A stretch of DNA of 61,846 nt. Source: an uncultured Prevotella sp. GTDB taxonomy: Bacteria; Bacillota_I; Bacilli_A; RFN20; CAG-288. The notes below the pieces were generated by a model. The model saw nothing but the letters and a program-made list of their open reading frames with translations. It ran no database searches and was not told where the DNA came from. Position numbers and translations under genes: made by a program. Positions within the stretch are counted from its first letter, which is position 1; the number at the start of each line of letters is the position of its first letter. Of this stretch, positions 28,480 to 38,990 are shown one piece after another. The DNA lies in contig CAVHUN010000066.1 in assembly GCA_963639175.1 (NCBI GenBank), positions 1-61,846 on the forward strand, in the 5' to 3' direction.

Positions 28480-28836
28480 TTATTTTGCTAAAGCGGCTTT
28501 AGCTTGGCTAACTAAATCAGAGAAAGCCTTAGGATCAGCAATAGCGATTTCAGATAACATCTTTCTATTTAAATTGATGTTAGCTAACTTTAAGCCATTG
28601 ATGAATCTTGAATAAGAGATATCATTAGCACGGCAAGCGGCATTGATTCTTGTAATCCATAATTTTCTGAAATCTCTTTTTCTATTCTTTCTACCAACAT
28701 AAGCATAAGCTAATGCTTTGATTCTTGCTTCGTTAGCGGTTCTATAAAGAGTGTGTTTTGAACCAAAATAACCCTTTGTGAACTTTAAAACCTTTTTTCT
28801 ATGTGCGTGTTTAACTGTTCCACCTTTTACTCTCAT
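28480..28836 (-). CDS. rplT: 50S ribosomal protein L20
   Basis: [25 protein letters not shown]..., 118 aa, in the infC-rpmI-rplT order. Confidence 0.97.
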   Translation of the reverse strand: MRVKGGTVKHAHRKKVLKFTKGYFGSKHTLYRTANEARIKALAYAYVGRKNRKRDFRKLWITRINAACRANDISYSRFINGLKLANINLNRKMLSEIAIADPKAFSDLVSQAKAALAK

Positions 28837-28851
28837 ACTTTATCCTCCTAA

Positions 28852-29052
28852 TTATCTAGCGATAAGACGGCTTAAACGTCTTCTATCGGCACGGTTTAAT
28901 TCACCGGCTTTTCTTAAATGCATTTTTCTTTTATGTGATTTGGATAAGGCAAGATGTGATGTATTGGTGTTACCATTTTTCATGATTTTGCCTGAACCAG
29001 TAACATGGAAACGTTTGCTAACTGCACGTTTGGTCTTTTGTTTTGATTTCAT
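28852..29052 (-). CDS. rpmI: 50S ribosomal protein L35
   Basis: MKSKQKTKRAVSKRFHVTGSGKI..., 66 aa. Confidence 0.95.
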   Translation of the reverse strand: MKSKQKTKRAVSKRFHVTGSGKIMKNGNTNTSHLALSKSHKRKMHLRKAGELNRADRRRLSRLIAR

Positions 29053-29066
29053 AATTTTTCCTCCAA

Positions 29067-29624
29067 TTAATTCTTCTTTTTAATAGGTGACATGTAACAG
29101 AAGTACTGTCTACCTTCTTTAGTAGGTTGCTTATCGATAGTACCATATGGTAAAAGAAGATCTATCATCTTTTGTAAAGCTTGTTGAGCAACATCAACTT
29201 TATCAACCATTCTACCCTTTAAGAAAACAACTAATTTAAGCTTATAGCCTTTTTGCATTAACTTGATTGCTTGATTAGCTTTAGTTTCAATATCGTGTTG
29301 AGAAGTGAATGATGTGATTTGAATTTCCTTTTCAGGATTTGGCTTAGCTTGTTTTGACTTAGCCTCTTTATCAGCTTTTTTCTTTTCAAACTTATATTTT
29401 GAAAAGTTCATAATTTTACACACTGGTGGCTTAGCACTAGGTGCAATGCAGAATAAATCAAGATCTTTATCATAAGCCATTTCTATGGCTTTATTTCTTG
29501 ACATTACTCCAATTTTTTTACCTTCTTCATCAACAACTAATACTTGTTGAAATGGAATGTTTTCATTAACTAAATCTTTTTGGACCTTTGGTAATGGTGG
29601 TCTTTTAACTACTGGCGTATTGAT
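29067..29624 (-). CDS. infC: translation initiation factor IF-3, probable non-AUG (ATC) start
   Basis: IF-3 core sequence VNENIPFQQVLVVDEEGKKIGVMSRNKAIEMAYDKDLDLFCIA...PPVCKIMNF. AAGGAGG lies 8 nt upstream of ATC (29622-29624). The ATG used by the ORF track (29666) sits inside the leader terminator hairpin. Confidence 0.85.
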   Translation of the reverse strand: MNTPVVKRPPLPKVQKDLVNENIPFQQVLVVDEEGKKIGVMSRNKAIEMAYDKDLDLFCIAPSAKPPVCKIMNFSKYKFEKKKADKEAKSKQAKPNPEKEIQITSFTSQHDIETKANQAIKLMQKGYKLKLVVFLKGRMVDKVDVAQQALQKMIDLLLPYGTIDKQPTKEGRQYFCYMSPIKKKN

Positions 29625-29639
29625 AAGACTTTCCTCCTT

Positions 29640-29772
29640 GTAAAAATAAAAGCGGGCATAAGTCATATGTCCGCTATAATAGTTTCAATAATTTAATTAT
29701 TTTGGCTATTTACCTAATCTTAATTAGACTCAGGTGCAAGTAGACAACTTGACTTTCCATGTTTTATTTACT
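29640..29772 (-). promoter_or_regulatory. infC leader with terminator-type attenuator (L20-leader-like)
   Basis: A ~130-nt untranslated leader lies between the promoter and the RBS. The hairpin GCGGACATA-TGACT-TATGCCCGC (29652-29674) is followed by TTTTATTTTT just before the RBS. Its position matches the Firmicute L20 leader. Confidence 0.5.
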
Positions 29773-29777
29773 GAATA

Positions 29778-29806
29778 ATCTTACACTATCCACATTTAAG
29801 TGTCAA
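29778..29806 (-). promoter_or_regulatory. sigma-A-type promoter of infC-rpmI-rplT
   Basis: On the minus strand: TTGACA (29801-29806), 17 nt spacer, then TAAGAT (29778-29783). Confidence 0.6.
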
Positions 29807-29863
29807 GAAAAATCATTCAATTAATTAAAATCTTTCTTAATAAGGCTATATTAGCCTATATAT

Positions 29864-31054
29864 TTAGAATATATCTTCTTTTTCTTCTTGGTTATTAATA
29901 TGTACTATTTCCATAGTGTTATAGGCTTCATCAAGAAGTGGTTGAAAATCAAACTTTGCTTCAAATTCATTAACTTTATCAAAATGAGGGCAAGTAGTAG
30001 GATCTTTTACTGTAAAAATAGTACAACAATCTTCATATGGTCTAATTGAAATATCATATGTATCAATCATTTTAGAAATCTTAATTATTTCTAATTTATC
30101 ATATGTAGCTAATGGTCTAATTACTGGTAAAGAACAATCTTTTTCAATACATCTAATTGATTGAAGAGTTTGAGAAGCAACTTGACCAATTGATTCGCCA
30201 TTACATAAAACTAAATCTTTATGTGAAATAGCAACTCGCTGAGCAATATTTAACATCATTCTTCTCATGATTGTAATTGCATATGATCTATCTGCTACTT
30301 CATATATTTTCTTTTGAATTTCAGTAAATGGAATAATATACAATTTTATATCTGGTTGAAAAACATTTAATTTATGGCAAATATCTTTAATCTTAACAAT
30401 AACTTGACTAGAAGTATAAGGAGGAGCAGCAAAATGAATCATTTCTAATTTCACTCCTCTTTTCATCATTAAAAATGAAGCCACAGGAGAATCAATTCCT
30501 CCAGATAATAACATCAAGCCTTTTCCAGCAATTCCAACTGGATATCCACCTAGTCCACTAATAGAATCAGAATAAATATAAGCTATATCTTCTCTAATAG
30601 AAATATGAATTTCAAGTTCAGGATTATGAACATCGACTTTTAAATTCTTGCAGTTAGATAAAATCTCGCCAGCCACCATTCTATTAATTTGATCAGAAGT
30701 AAATGGAAATAATTTATCGATTCTTTTAGTAAACACTTTAAAAGTTGACTTAGTAGAATTTTTAGCTAAATTCAAACAATACTCTTTAATCTTAGAAATA
30801 TCTTTTTCAACTGCTTGGCATAATGAAAAAGATAATAAACCAGGAACTAAAGCTAAACGTTTAGAAACTAAATCAAAGTCTTCTCCATTTAAATATATGT
30901 AAATATGGTCATGTCTAATTTCAAATTTAAGATTTTTATATTCGCTTAATGCAATCTTAATATTATCACCTAATTTTCTGATGAAATCTTTCATGTTTTT
31001 GCCTTTGGTGGATAATTCACCAAATCTGACCATTATAATATTTGATTTTTCCAT
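29864..31054 (-). CDS. thiI: tRNA 4-thiouridine synthase ThiI
   Basis: N-terminal ferredoxin-like/THUMP region and the PP-loop LLSGGIDSPVA. The product is 396 aa and the gene follows a cysteine desulfurase gene. Confidence 0.9.
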   Translation of the reverse strand: MEKSNIIMVRFGELSTKGKNMKDFIRKLGDNIKIALSEYKNLKFEIRHDHIYIYLNGEDFDLVSKRLALVPGLLSFSLCQAVEKDISKIKEYCLNLAKNSTKSTFKVFTKRIDKLFPFTSDQINRMVAGEILSNCKNLKVDVHNPELEIHISIREDIAYIYSDSISGLGGYPVGIAGKGLMLLSGGIDSPVASFLMMKRGVKLEMIHFAAPPYTSSQVIVKIKDICHKLNVFQPDIKLYIIPFTEIQKKIYEVADRSYAITIMRRMMLNIAQRVAISHKDLVLCNGESIGQVASQTLQSIRCIEKDCSLPVIRPLATYDKLEIIKISKMIDTYDISIRPYEDCCTIFTVKDPTTCPHFDKVNEFEAKFDFQPLLDEAYNTMEIVHINNQEEKEDIF

Positions 31055-31055
31055 G

Positions 31056-32210
31056 TTATTCCCTTTCTTTTAAAATATTTAATTCTTCTTTTAAACTGGA
31101 GATAAAATAATTAACATCATCTATACTCTCATCTCCAGAAAAAGAGACTCTAATTGCGTTTTCACTTATATTTTTAGAAAATCCCATATTATCTAAAACA
31201 TAAGAATAAGCAGCTTTTTTAGAAGAACAAGCTGACTGAGTAGAAACATAAACTCCTTTAGAAGATAAATCTTCAACTACTACACTTGCTTTATGCTTAA
31301 TTAACGAGAAATTTAATATGTAATAAGAAGTGTTCTCTTTAGAAGAATTTATACATATATCTTCTTTCATTTCTTCTAATTTTGAATATAAATAATTGTA
31401 TATTTTTTCTACATTTTCTTTTCTTTTATCAAAACTAGCAAAATACAATCTAAGAGCACTAGCTAAAGCGCAACTAAGTGGAGCATTTATTGTCCCAGCC
31501 CTTAATCCATCTTGTTGATGGCCTCCTATAATTAAAGGATCAATTTTTACATTTGGTTTTATACAACAAAAACCAGATGATTTAAGTCCGTGGATTTTAT
31601 GAGCAGACATACTAAATCCATCTAGGCAAGAATAATCAATCTTTGTTTTACCAATTCCTTGAGTAACATCACTTATAAAATATGCTTTAGAATTTTTATG
31701 GACTAATTCACTTATTTTATTAAGAGGAAAATTATTTCCAACTTCATTATTTGTAGACATGACACACACTAAACTAGGATTTAATTTTAATGTATTATTT
31801 AACTGTTCAAAATTTAAATTACCATTTCTATCAACATCTAAATAAATAACTTTAAAGCCTTCTTTTTCAAGTTTATAAAAGCATTCTAATATAGAAGCGT
31901 GTTCAACTTTACTAGTTACAATCACATTTGAAAAAGATTTATTTCTATAAGCAATTCCATTTATTAATAAATTGTTAGCTTCAGTTGCCCCTGAAGTAAA
32001 AATAAGTCTATTTTCTTGACAATTTAACTGTTTTAATATTTGTCTAGTCGCCTTTAATTGATATTGACTAGCTTCAAATCCAAGTTGATGATTAGAAGAA
32101 GGGTTTCCTATTAAAGATAATGTAAGCTTATTAAAAACATCTAAAACTTCTTTGCTAATTTGGCTAGTAGAAGCATTATCAAAATATAGCATTTTATTAA
32201 TTACCTTCAC
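31056..32210 (-). CDS. cysteine desulfurase (NifS/IscS class V aminotransferase)
   Basis: PLP-lysine motif SAHKIHG and catalytic Cys loop STQSACSS. It is paired with thiI. Confidence 0.85.
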   Translation of the reverse strand: MKVINKMLYFDNASTSQISKEVLDVFNKLTLSLIGNPSSNHQLGFEASQYQLKATRQILKQLNCQENRLIFTSGATEANNLLINGIAYRNKSFSNVIVTSKVEHASILECFYKLEKEGFKVIYLDVDRNGNLNFEQLNNTLKLNPSLVCVMSTNNEVGNNFPLNKISELVHKNSKAYFISDVTQGIGKTKIDYSCLDGFSMSAHKIHGLKSSGFCCIKPNVKIDPLIIGGHQQDGLRAGTINAPLSCALASALRLYFASFDKRKENVEKIYNYLYSKLEEMKEDICINSSKENTSYYILNFSLIKHKASVVVEDLSSKGVYVSTQSACSSKKAAYSYVLDNMGFSKNISENAIRVSFSGDESIDDVNYFISSLKEELNILKERE

Positions 32211-33912
32211 TTACTTCTGTTTTATAAATTTGACTTGCAATCATACTAGCTCTTCCAAAATCACCTTCAATAAAGGATTTTTCAGCTTGATATAAAGAAT
32301 TTTTGCAAGAATCAGAAACATCTCTAAATCTATTGTCGTAAACAATTAAATCTTCTGCACGTGCCATATTTTTCAAATTCTCATCTAAATCTTCATATAA
32401 TTTATCAAATTTAGCCTTATATTCTTGATAAATTTCATTTAATTCCAAAACATTTATTGGATAAGAAGATAATCTAGAATTTAAATCGAGTAAGCAATTC
32501 ATGCAGTCATTTAATTTATCTAAATATACAACTGCAAAGTTAACAACATGAGCTTGATTAATCTTAAATTCATATTCTTTGATTTTCTCATAAGAAGTTC
32601 TAATAAATGTATAGACTGTTTCAGTATCTTGCTTTAATGAGACTAAATAATTATGGAAATCATCAAAGGCGTTTTGAATCTTATCAATCTTATTTTTTAA
32701 ATCTTTAATAGTTGCCATTAAAACTGAATAAGGTTGTTTAGTTTCTGAATTAATAAAACCATCTAACATTCTCTTTTTAGTAGTCATATCATTAATCATA
32801 TTTCCTATATTAGTCATTTGAGTAATATAAGTTTGAGAAATGACATATACTTTCATGTATTTAGGTAAACTGCTACTTAAATTAGCGTATTGTTTTGTGG
32901 CTTTATAATTTAAATTATTAACAATACCTTGCATGGAATCGAATTCTTCTTTAGCGTTCTTTTCTTTTTCAAAATCATTGAAAAATTGAGTAATTCTCAT
33001 GCTAATTCCATCTAAAGTAGCACTTACATTACTAATAGAAAGCTTAGCTAATTTACCTTTACAATATTCAAGTTGTTCATTCATTTCTTTAATTGCTTGG
33101 TTAGCTAATAAATGATGTAAAGGATAACCTTCTTGTTCCATCTTATTGTAATTAATTTCTAATTCTTCAATTTTTTGAGGAACAACAACAAATGTCAAAG
33201 TAGTTAAAGTAGGTAAATCAACCATAACTTTATTTCCAGCTTCAATTAATTGTTCAATCTTAGGAATTAAAGCGTTAGCTTGTTGATAATTAGCACTATT
33301 TAAATAATCTTCAAAAGAAACAAATAAATCAGTTAAATGATTAATTAAAGTATCAAAACTTTCTGAGATAGGTTCTAAAGCTTGACTGTTATCAGAATAA
33401 GAATTCTTCAATGTTCTAAATCTTTCTTTTAGAGCCACCATTCTTGCTCTTAATTCTTCCTCATTTTTTAAAACCATTTGTAAATCGTTATTTAATAAAG
33501 TAGCTTCTTTTGCAAATGAATCCATACTTAATTTAGTAGAATTAATAATCGATTTAATATCTTTGTAGTTTTTCTCTTCTACTAACTTTTTTAATGATTC
33601 AACTGCAATATAACAGCCCTTATCGTTATCAGTTAAAACGTTAGAAAATCTTAAATTAACTGAATCGTAGACAGATTTATAATCTGAATTATTTTTAGAA
33701 ATAATTTCGATTCTTTTTATCATGTTAGAACAATCAGTTGAAAAAGAATCGTGAATTTCATCATATCTAGTTTGTAAATCCCTAATGGCCATTTTACATG
33801 AATGTCTATAAATAAATACAAACAAAACCACGACTAAAACTGCTGCTAATATCGCACTAATAACAGCAATTAAAATGATAAACCAAGTTTCTTGATAAAA
33901 CTGAGTAAACAT
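32197..33912 (-). CDS. ezrA: septation ring formation regulator EzrA
   Basis: Single N-terminal TM segment, then ~540 aa of coiled-coil repeats. Length (571 aa) and architecture are typical of EzrA. Confidence 0.7.
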   Translation of the reverse strand: MFTQFYQETWFIILIAVISAILAAVLVVVLFVFIYRHSCKMAIRDLQTRYDEIHDSFSTDCSNMIKRIEIISKNNSDYKSVYDSVNLRFSNVLTDNDKGCYIAVESLKKLVEEKNYKDIKSIINSTKLSMDSFAKEATLLNNDLQMVLKNEEELRARMVALKERFRTLKNSYSDNSQALEPISESFDTLINHLTDLFVSFEDYLNSANYQQANALIPKIEQLIEAGNKVMVDLPTLTTLTFVVVPQKIEELEINYNKMEQEGYPLHHLLANQAIKEMNEQLEYCKGKLAKLSISNVSATLDGISMRITQFFNDFEKEKNAKEEFDSMQGIVNNLNYKATKQYANLSSSLPKYMKVYVISQTYITQMTNIGNMINDMTTKKRMLDGFINSETKQPYSVLMATIKDLKNKIDKIQNAFDDFHNYLVSLKQDTETVYTFIRTSYEKIKEYEFKINQAHVVNFAVVYLDKLNDCMNCLLDLNSRLSSYPINVLELNEIYQEYKAKFDKLYEDLDENLKNMARAEDLIVYDNRFRDVSDSCKNSLYQAEKSFIEGDFGRASMIASQIYKTEVSEGN

Positions 33913-33958
33913 ATTAAATCTCCATAGAATTTACACATATATTTATATATGTTCTTAA

Positions 33959-34984
33959 TTAGTTATTAGAAGTAGATCCTCTTTTTACTAATTTAGCATT
34001 GAATTTGAAAATCTTATTTTTATCTTCAAGTTCACCTTTTAATAATTTAGTGAGCATTCTAACTGCAATTGAACCAACTTCAAATAAGTCAATATCAAAG
34101 CTTGTAACTTGTGGTCTAACAATATAAGAATATTTAGTACCAACAACTGAAACAACTTCAATATCTTCAGGAATATTAACATTAGCTTCTAAAGCGGAAT
34201 TAATAACAGCACAAGCTAAAGAGTCTCTAGGACAAATAAATAATCCTTTTCTATTAGAAGGAGATTCAAAATAGACTTTCATATCTGCATAAATTCTTTG
34301 ATATGAATCTTCAGAATGAACTAAAGAAACTTGTTTTCCTAATTCTCTAGCAAAATGAATCATATTATCTCTAACATCATCCATCATATTACCAGCCATA
34401 GAAACATCTACATAATGAACATCACCACAATTTGGCTTTGCATAATATTCTTTTAAAAGGTTATTTAAAGGATTTGAATAATCCATTACAATACTTGCTA
34501 AGTTTTCATTTTTCATTTCATGACCGATAACTACTAAAGGAATATTGTAATTTTGGATGTATTTAATTTCTTCTACATCTAATTCGTCATCAAAAATAAT
34601 AGCTCCATCAACATGGCTTGAAACTAATTTTTCAATTGTTTGTTGAGTGTCTTCTTTTGAACGTCTTGCAACAAATAATGTTGTTTGATAACCATAAATT
34701 TTAGCAATATCAGTCATACCAGCTAACATATTGCAAATGTAAATGTAATTAACACCTGGTAAAACAATACCAATATTAGTAGATTTATTTGTAGCAAGTC
34801 CTCTAGCTAAAGCACTAGGTCTATATCCTAAATCTTTAATAGCTTCTTGAACTTTAATTTTTGTTTTTTCAGTGACATTGTCTTTGCCATTAATTACTCT
34901 ACTTACAGTAGCTAAACTGACTCCTGCTCTTTTTGCAACGCTATATATAGTAGCTCTATCTTTTAAATTGTTGTTAATAGACAT
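33959..34984 (-). CDS. LacI-family transcriptional regulator (CcpA-like)
   Basis: N-terminal HTH ATIYSVAKRAGVSLATVSRVING plus a periplasmic-binding-protein-like sugar-binding fold. Confidence 0.8.
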   Translation of the reverse strand: MSINNNLKDRATIYSVAKRAGVSLATVSRVINGKDNVTEKTKIKVQEAIKDLGYRPSALARGLATNKSTNIGIVLPGVNYIYICNMLAGMTDIAKIYGYQTTLFVARRSKEDTQQTIEKLVSSHVDGAIIFDDELDVEEIKYIQNYNIPLVVIGHEMKNENLASIVMDYSNPLNNLLKEYYAKPNCGDVHYVDVSMAGNMMDDVRDNMIHFARELGKQVSLVHSEDSYQRIYADMKVYFESPSNRKGLFICPRDSLACAVINSALEANVNIPEDIEVVSVVGTKYSYIVRPQVTSFDIDLFEVGSIAVRMLTKLLKGELEDKNKIFKFNAKLVKRGSTSNN

Positions 34985-35074
34985 AATCGCTTTGACTCCT
35001 TTTTGTTACATTTTCAGAAAATGTTCTCATTTATAAGATACTCTTTTTCAAGTCAAAAATAAATATTAACACTT

Positions 35075-35099
35075 AAAAAAGGTGGAATAAATTCCACCT
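35075..35099 (-). terminator. terminator after the rubrerythrin gene
   Basis: On the minus strand, the GGTGGA...TCCACC hairpin is followed by TTTTTT. Confidence 0.6.
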
Positions 35100-35121
35100 A
35101 ATTAATTAAAGATATTTATTT

Positions 35122-35682
35122 TTAGAATAATTCGTGTCCTTGTTCATCAACTTTGCAAAAATATGCTCTATCGTGATTACAGACTGGACATTTCATAGGA
35201 GCTTGTTTACCTACATGGATATATCCACAATTCTTACATTTCCAAATTTGAACTTCTTCAGAGATAAATACGTGATTAGATTGTAAATTTTCTAATAATT
35301 TTCTATATCTTTCTTCGTGTTTTTTCTCGATTTGTCCAACTCCTCTAAATTGAGCAGCGATATCTTTAAATCCTTCTTGATCAGCGACTTTTGCGAATTC
35401 ATCATACATTGATGTCCATTCGTAATTTTCACCTTCAGCAGCAGCTAATAAATTAGAAGCAGTATCTTTAACTCCTCCTAAGGCTTTAAACCATAATTCT
35501 GCGTGTTCTTTTTCATTTGCAGCAGTTTCTAAGAATAATTCAGCAAATTGAACATAGCCTTCTTTTTTAGCAACTGATGCGAAAAATGTGTACTTATTTC
35601 TAGCTTGTGATTCACCACTAAAAGCTGTTTTTAAATTTTCTTCTGTTTTTGTTCCTTTTAACATTTCAGGTGTAGTAGCCAT
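35122..35682 (-). CDS. rubrerythrin
   Basis: Di-iron ExxH motifs ([17 protein letters not shown]) and a C-terminal rubredoxin-like CKNCG...CPVCNH. Confidence 0.9.
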   Translation of the reverse strand: MATTPEMLKGTKTEENLKTAFSGESQARNKYTFFASVAKKEGYVQFAELFLETAANEKEHAELWFKALGGVKDTASNLLAAAEGENYEWTSMYDEFAKVADQEGFKDIAAQFRGVGQIEKKHEERYRKLLENLQSNHVFISEEVQIWKCKNCGYIHVGKQAPMKCPVCNHDRAYFCKVDEQGHELF

Positions 35683-35759
35683 TTTAATTCCTCCTTACTA
35701 CAACTTAATTGTATAAATAAAAATTGGCTAATTCAAGTGTAAATTAACCCGTATTTTTG

Positions 35760-36185
35760 TTAGTTATTTCTAATAATTTTATTAGTCTTTAAATATTTAA
35801 CATCTACATAAATAGCATAAGCAAAATCAAATAACATACATAGACAAGATAAGCCAAATAAGACATAAGAAATAACGCTAATTGTTGTAGATATATTATC
35901 TTTTGAAAGTAAGGTAATATTAACTGCTTCAATAATTACATATAAGATAGTAAAAAACAAAGTGAAATAAATACCGATTAAATTTCTAAATGAGATGATA
36001 TTGGCTTCTCTTAATGACCAATATAAAGAAAATACTCCTAATGCTAATCCCATCATATAAAAAGGTAACATCTTTGGAAAAGTTGAAGATTCGCTTAATT
36101 TAAAACCATAAAGAATAAAAAACAAAGCCACTAATCCAATTGTTGATAATATGCAAACAAAATTTTTAATTACTACTCTTTTCAT
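35760..36185 (-). CDS. membrane protein, unknown function (4 predicted TM segments)
   Basis: Hydrophobicity pattern only. Confidence 0.4.
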   Translation of the reverse strand: MKRVVIKNFVCILSTIGLVALFFILYGFKLSESSTFPKMLPFYMMGLALGVFSLYWSLREANIISFRNLIGIYFTLFFTILYVIIEAVNITLLSKDNISTTISVISYVLFGLSCLCMLFDFAYAIYVDVKYLKTNKIIRNN

Positions 36186-36195
36186 ACCTACTCCT

Positions 36196-36924
36196 TTATT
36201 TAATAAACATATTAATTATTTGCCAAGCTAAATTATAAAATATTCTAGAAATTGAGAAACTGGTACTATCAATGTTAACTTGATTATTTAACCAATTTGA
36301 TAAATCACTACTTGCATAAGATGAACCAACTAATATTAACATTATTACTAAACAAGTAAATCCACCTATAAATAAATATACAAAACTACCAGTTAATCTA
36401 TCAACTATTCCCTTCTTATTTTTAGTAGAAAAGCCATTTAAAACAAATCTAATTAATAAAGTGACAATTATACTTGTAACAATAAATAAGCAAATAAATG
36501 TCACTAAATAAGTGATACTAGCAGCAATTGAAGAACCAATTGCAAGACTAACACTAGAATTAGAAATATATATTTTAGAAACAAAGAAAGAAGAAAATAA
36601 GCTAGGTACTCCAGCATATTCATACATTTGTTTTACTAAAGATGGATCATCTTTAATTAAAGCATATGGTGATTTTAAAGCAATTTGACTAGCTGTATCT
36701 GAATTACTTGCATTAACTTTATCTGACCAGTAACTAGCCCAAGTAATACTTGCATCAATATTATTTAAAATATAATTTGAAAGCAAAGAATAAAATAAAA
36801 CAGCAACTACTATTCCAATTATTATTCCACCTAATTTAGAAATGCTCTTTTTAACACCTTTTAAAAAGCCAAATATTAATCCGATTAATAATATAACTAG
36901 AATTACGCCATCTAATATTGTCAT
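36196..36924 (-). CDS. CvpA-family membrane protein
   Basis: The N-terminus MTILDGVILVILLIGLIFGFLKG is typical of the CvpA family. The protein is polytopic. Confidence 0.55.
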   Translation of the reverse strand: MTILDGVILVILLIGLIFGFLKGVKKSISKLGGIIIGIVVAVLFYSLLSNYILNNIDASITWASYWSDKVNASNSDTASQIALKSPYALIKDDPSLVKQMYEYAGVPSLFSSFFVSKIYISNSSVSLAIGSSIAASITYLVTFICLFIVTSIIVTLLIRFVLNGFSTKNKKGIVDRLTGSFVYLFIGGFTCLVIMLILVGSSYASSDLSNWLNNQVNIDSTSFSISRIFYNLAWQIINMFIK

Positions 36925-37031
36925 TATCTTATCTCCATGTTTAATTATATTATATTAGTTCAAATTATTGTTAATTAAAAAGTAAAAATAAGAGTATAAT
37001 AAAAACATTAATTAATAAGGAGAAACTAACT

Positions 37032-38282
37032 ATGGTAAATCCAATAGATTTAGAAAATGAAGATAAAGAAATATTTGATGCAATAAAAGGCGAATATAAT
37101 AGAGAACAATTTTCAACTGAATTAATTGCTTCTGAAAACTTTGCATCTAAAGCTGTTTTACAAGCTCAAGGATCAATTTTAACTAATAAATATGCAGAAG
37201 GTTATCCTTCAAAAAGATATTATGGTGGATGTGAATATGTCGATATAGTTGAAACACTTGCTCAAGAAAGACTAAAAAAATTATTCAATGTAAACTATGT
37301 AAATGTTCAACCTCATTCTGGTTCTCAAGCTAATATGGCCGCAATTAGAACTTTAGTAGAAAAAGGTGACACAATTATGGGAATGTCAGTAAGTGCTGGT
37401 GGACATCTAAGTCATGGTTATTTTCTCTCTTTTTCTGGGCAAGATTATAATTCCATCTCTTATGAAGTAAATAAAGATACTTTCTTATTAGACTATGATC
37501 AAATTCAACAACAAGTTTTAGAAATTAAACCTAAATTAATTATTTGTGGTTGCTCTGCTTATCCTAGAGTTGTTGATTTCAAAAGATTTAAAGAAATCGC
37601 TGATTCAGTAGGAGCTTATTTAATTGCTGATATTGCTCATATTGCTGGATTAGTATGTACTTCCTTACATCCATCTCCAATTCCTTATGCTGATATTGTA
37701 ACTTCTACTACTCATAAAACCTTAAGAGGACCTAGAGGTGGAATAATGATGACAAATAATGAAGAAATCGCTAAGAAAATGAATAAAGTCGTCTTCCCAG
37801 GTGTCCAAGGTGGTCCTTTAGAACATGTAATTGCTGCAAAAGCTGTCGCCTTTAAAGAAGACTTACAACCTAAATATAAAACCTATATGGAAAATGTAGT
37901 AATTAATGCTAAAGCTATGGCCAATGAATTTATAAATATGGGATATGATGTATTGACAAATGGCACTGATAATCACCTCTTCTTATTAGATGTATATAAA
38001 TCTAAAGGAATCACAGGATTACAAACTCAAAAGTTACTTGAACAAGTTAATATCACTGCTAATAAAAATTCCTTACCATTTGATCAATTAAAACCATTTA
38101 TTGCTTCTGGAATTAGAATTGGAACTCCAGCAATGACAACTAGAGGCTATTCAAAAGAAGACTTTATCTTAATTGCTCATTTAATTGATGAAGCCATTAA
38201 AAATAAAGATGATTTAGCTCAATTAGATGCAATTAAAGAAAAAGTAATTGAAATAAATAAAAAACATCCACTTAATTACTAG
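37032..38282 (+). CDS. glyA: serine hydroxymethyltransferase
   Basis: ELIASENF and the PLP site [14 protein letters not shown]. The product is 416 aa. Confidence 0.97.
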   Translation: MVNPIDLENEDKEIFDAIKGEYNREQFSTELIASENFASKAVLQAQGSILTNKYAEGYPSKRYYGGCEYVDIVETLAQERLKKLFNVNYVNVQPHSGSQANMAAIRTLVEKGDTIMGMSVSAGGHLSHGYFLSFSGQDYNSISYEVNKDTFLLDYDQIQQQVLEIKPKLIICGCSAYPRVVDFKRFKEIADSVGAYLIADIAHIAGLVCTSLHPSPIPYADIVTSTTHKTLRGPRGGIMMTNNEEIAKKMNKVVFPGVQGGPLEHVIAAKAVAFKEDLQPKYKTYMENVVINAKAMANEFINMGYDVLTNGTDNHLFLLDVYKSKGITGLQTQKLLEQVNITANKNSLPFDQLKPFIASGIRIGTPAMTTRGYSKEDFILIAHLIDEAIKNKDDLAQLDAIKEKVIEINKKHPLNY

Positions 38283-38289
38283 AAAACAA

Positions 38290-38337
38290 AAAATAGAATT
38301 CACACTACAAAATGAATTCTATTTTTTATTTTTTTAA
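38290..38337. terminator. bidirectional terminator between glyA and the GNAT gene
   Basis: The ATAGAATTCA / TGAATTCTAT stem is flanked by an A-run upstream and a T-run downstream. Confidence 0.7.
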
Positions 38338-38412
38338 ATCTCTATCCTATTTTCATTTTATTTGAATCTAAGTAGATATGTTATTAAAAAATAAGAGAAA
38401 ACCCTAAGTTTA

Positions 38413-38919
38413 TTAATTTAAATCAATTTTACTTATCACTTTTTTAAAATAATGTACGCTAATAACTTTAGAAAATTTAACTGCTACATCTTTAATTGTC
38501 CCTTGTAATTCAAATCCATTTTTAATATGAAATTTGAAAGAATTTTCATTTTCACTTGTAACAATAGAAATAATATTTTTAATTCCTTGTTTTAAAGCTA
38601 ATTTTTCAATTTGGTTAAGTAATAAGCTTCCTACATGTTCACCTAGATGATCTTTACTAATATAAATAGAAAGATCAGCAGTAATTTTATATGCACTTCT
38701 AGAATTAAAAGTATTTAAATAAGCATAGCCAATAACTTCTTTAGCATCATTTTCAACAACTATATAAGGAAATTTAGCGTTAATAGATTCAACTCTAGAT
38801 TTAAAGTCATCTAAGCATAATTTCTTTTCTTCAAGTGTGTAACATGTATTTTCAATATAATAATTATATATTTTACAGCATTTTTCTATATCTTTTGATT
38901 CAATATTTCTAATTTTCAT
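38413..38919 (-). CDS. GNAT N-acetyltransferase (phosphinothricin-acetyltransferase-like)
   Basis: The pattern IRNIESKDIEKCCKIYNYYIENT and the 168-aa length are typical of PAT/YwnH-type GNATs. Confidence 0.65.
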   Translation of the reverse strand: MKIRNIESKDIEKCCKIYNYYIENTCYTLEEKKLCLDDFKSRVESINAKFPYIVVENDAKEVIGYAYLNTFNSRSAYKITADLSIYISKDHLGEHVGSLLLNQIEKLALKQGIKNIISIVTSENENSFKFHIKNGFELQGTIKDVAVKFSKVISVHYFKKVISKIDLN

Positions 38920-38952
38920 ATATTTTATAAAATCCTATCTATATCATTTATT

Positions 38953-38979
38953 AAAAAAAGATGTGAACTAACACATCTT
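38953..38979 (-). terminator. terminator after tRNA-fMet
   Basis: On the minus strand, AAGATGTG-TTAGTT-CACATCTT is followed by TTTTTTT. Confidence 0.65.
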
Positions 38980-38990
38980 GTAATTTACAA

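Noticed and set aside
29625-29666. ATG at 29666 as the infC start, as given in the ORF track.
   Set aside because: This ATG lies in the loop of the leader terminator hairpin and has no RBS. It would also add a 14-aa non-conserved extension. A strong RBS precedes the ATC at 29624.
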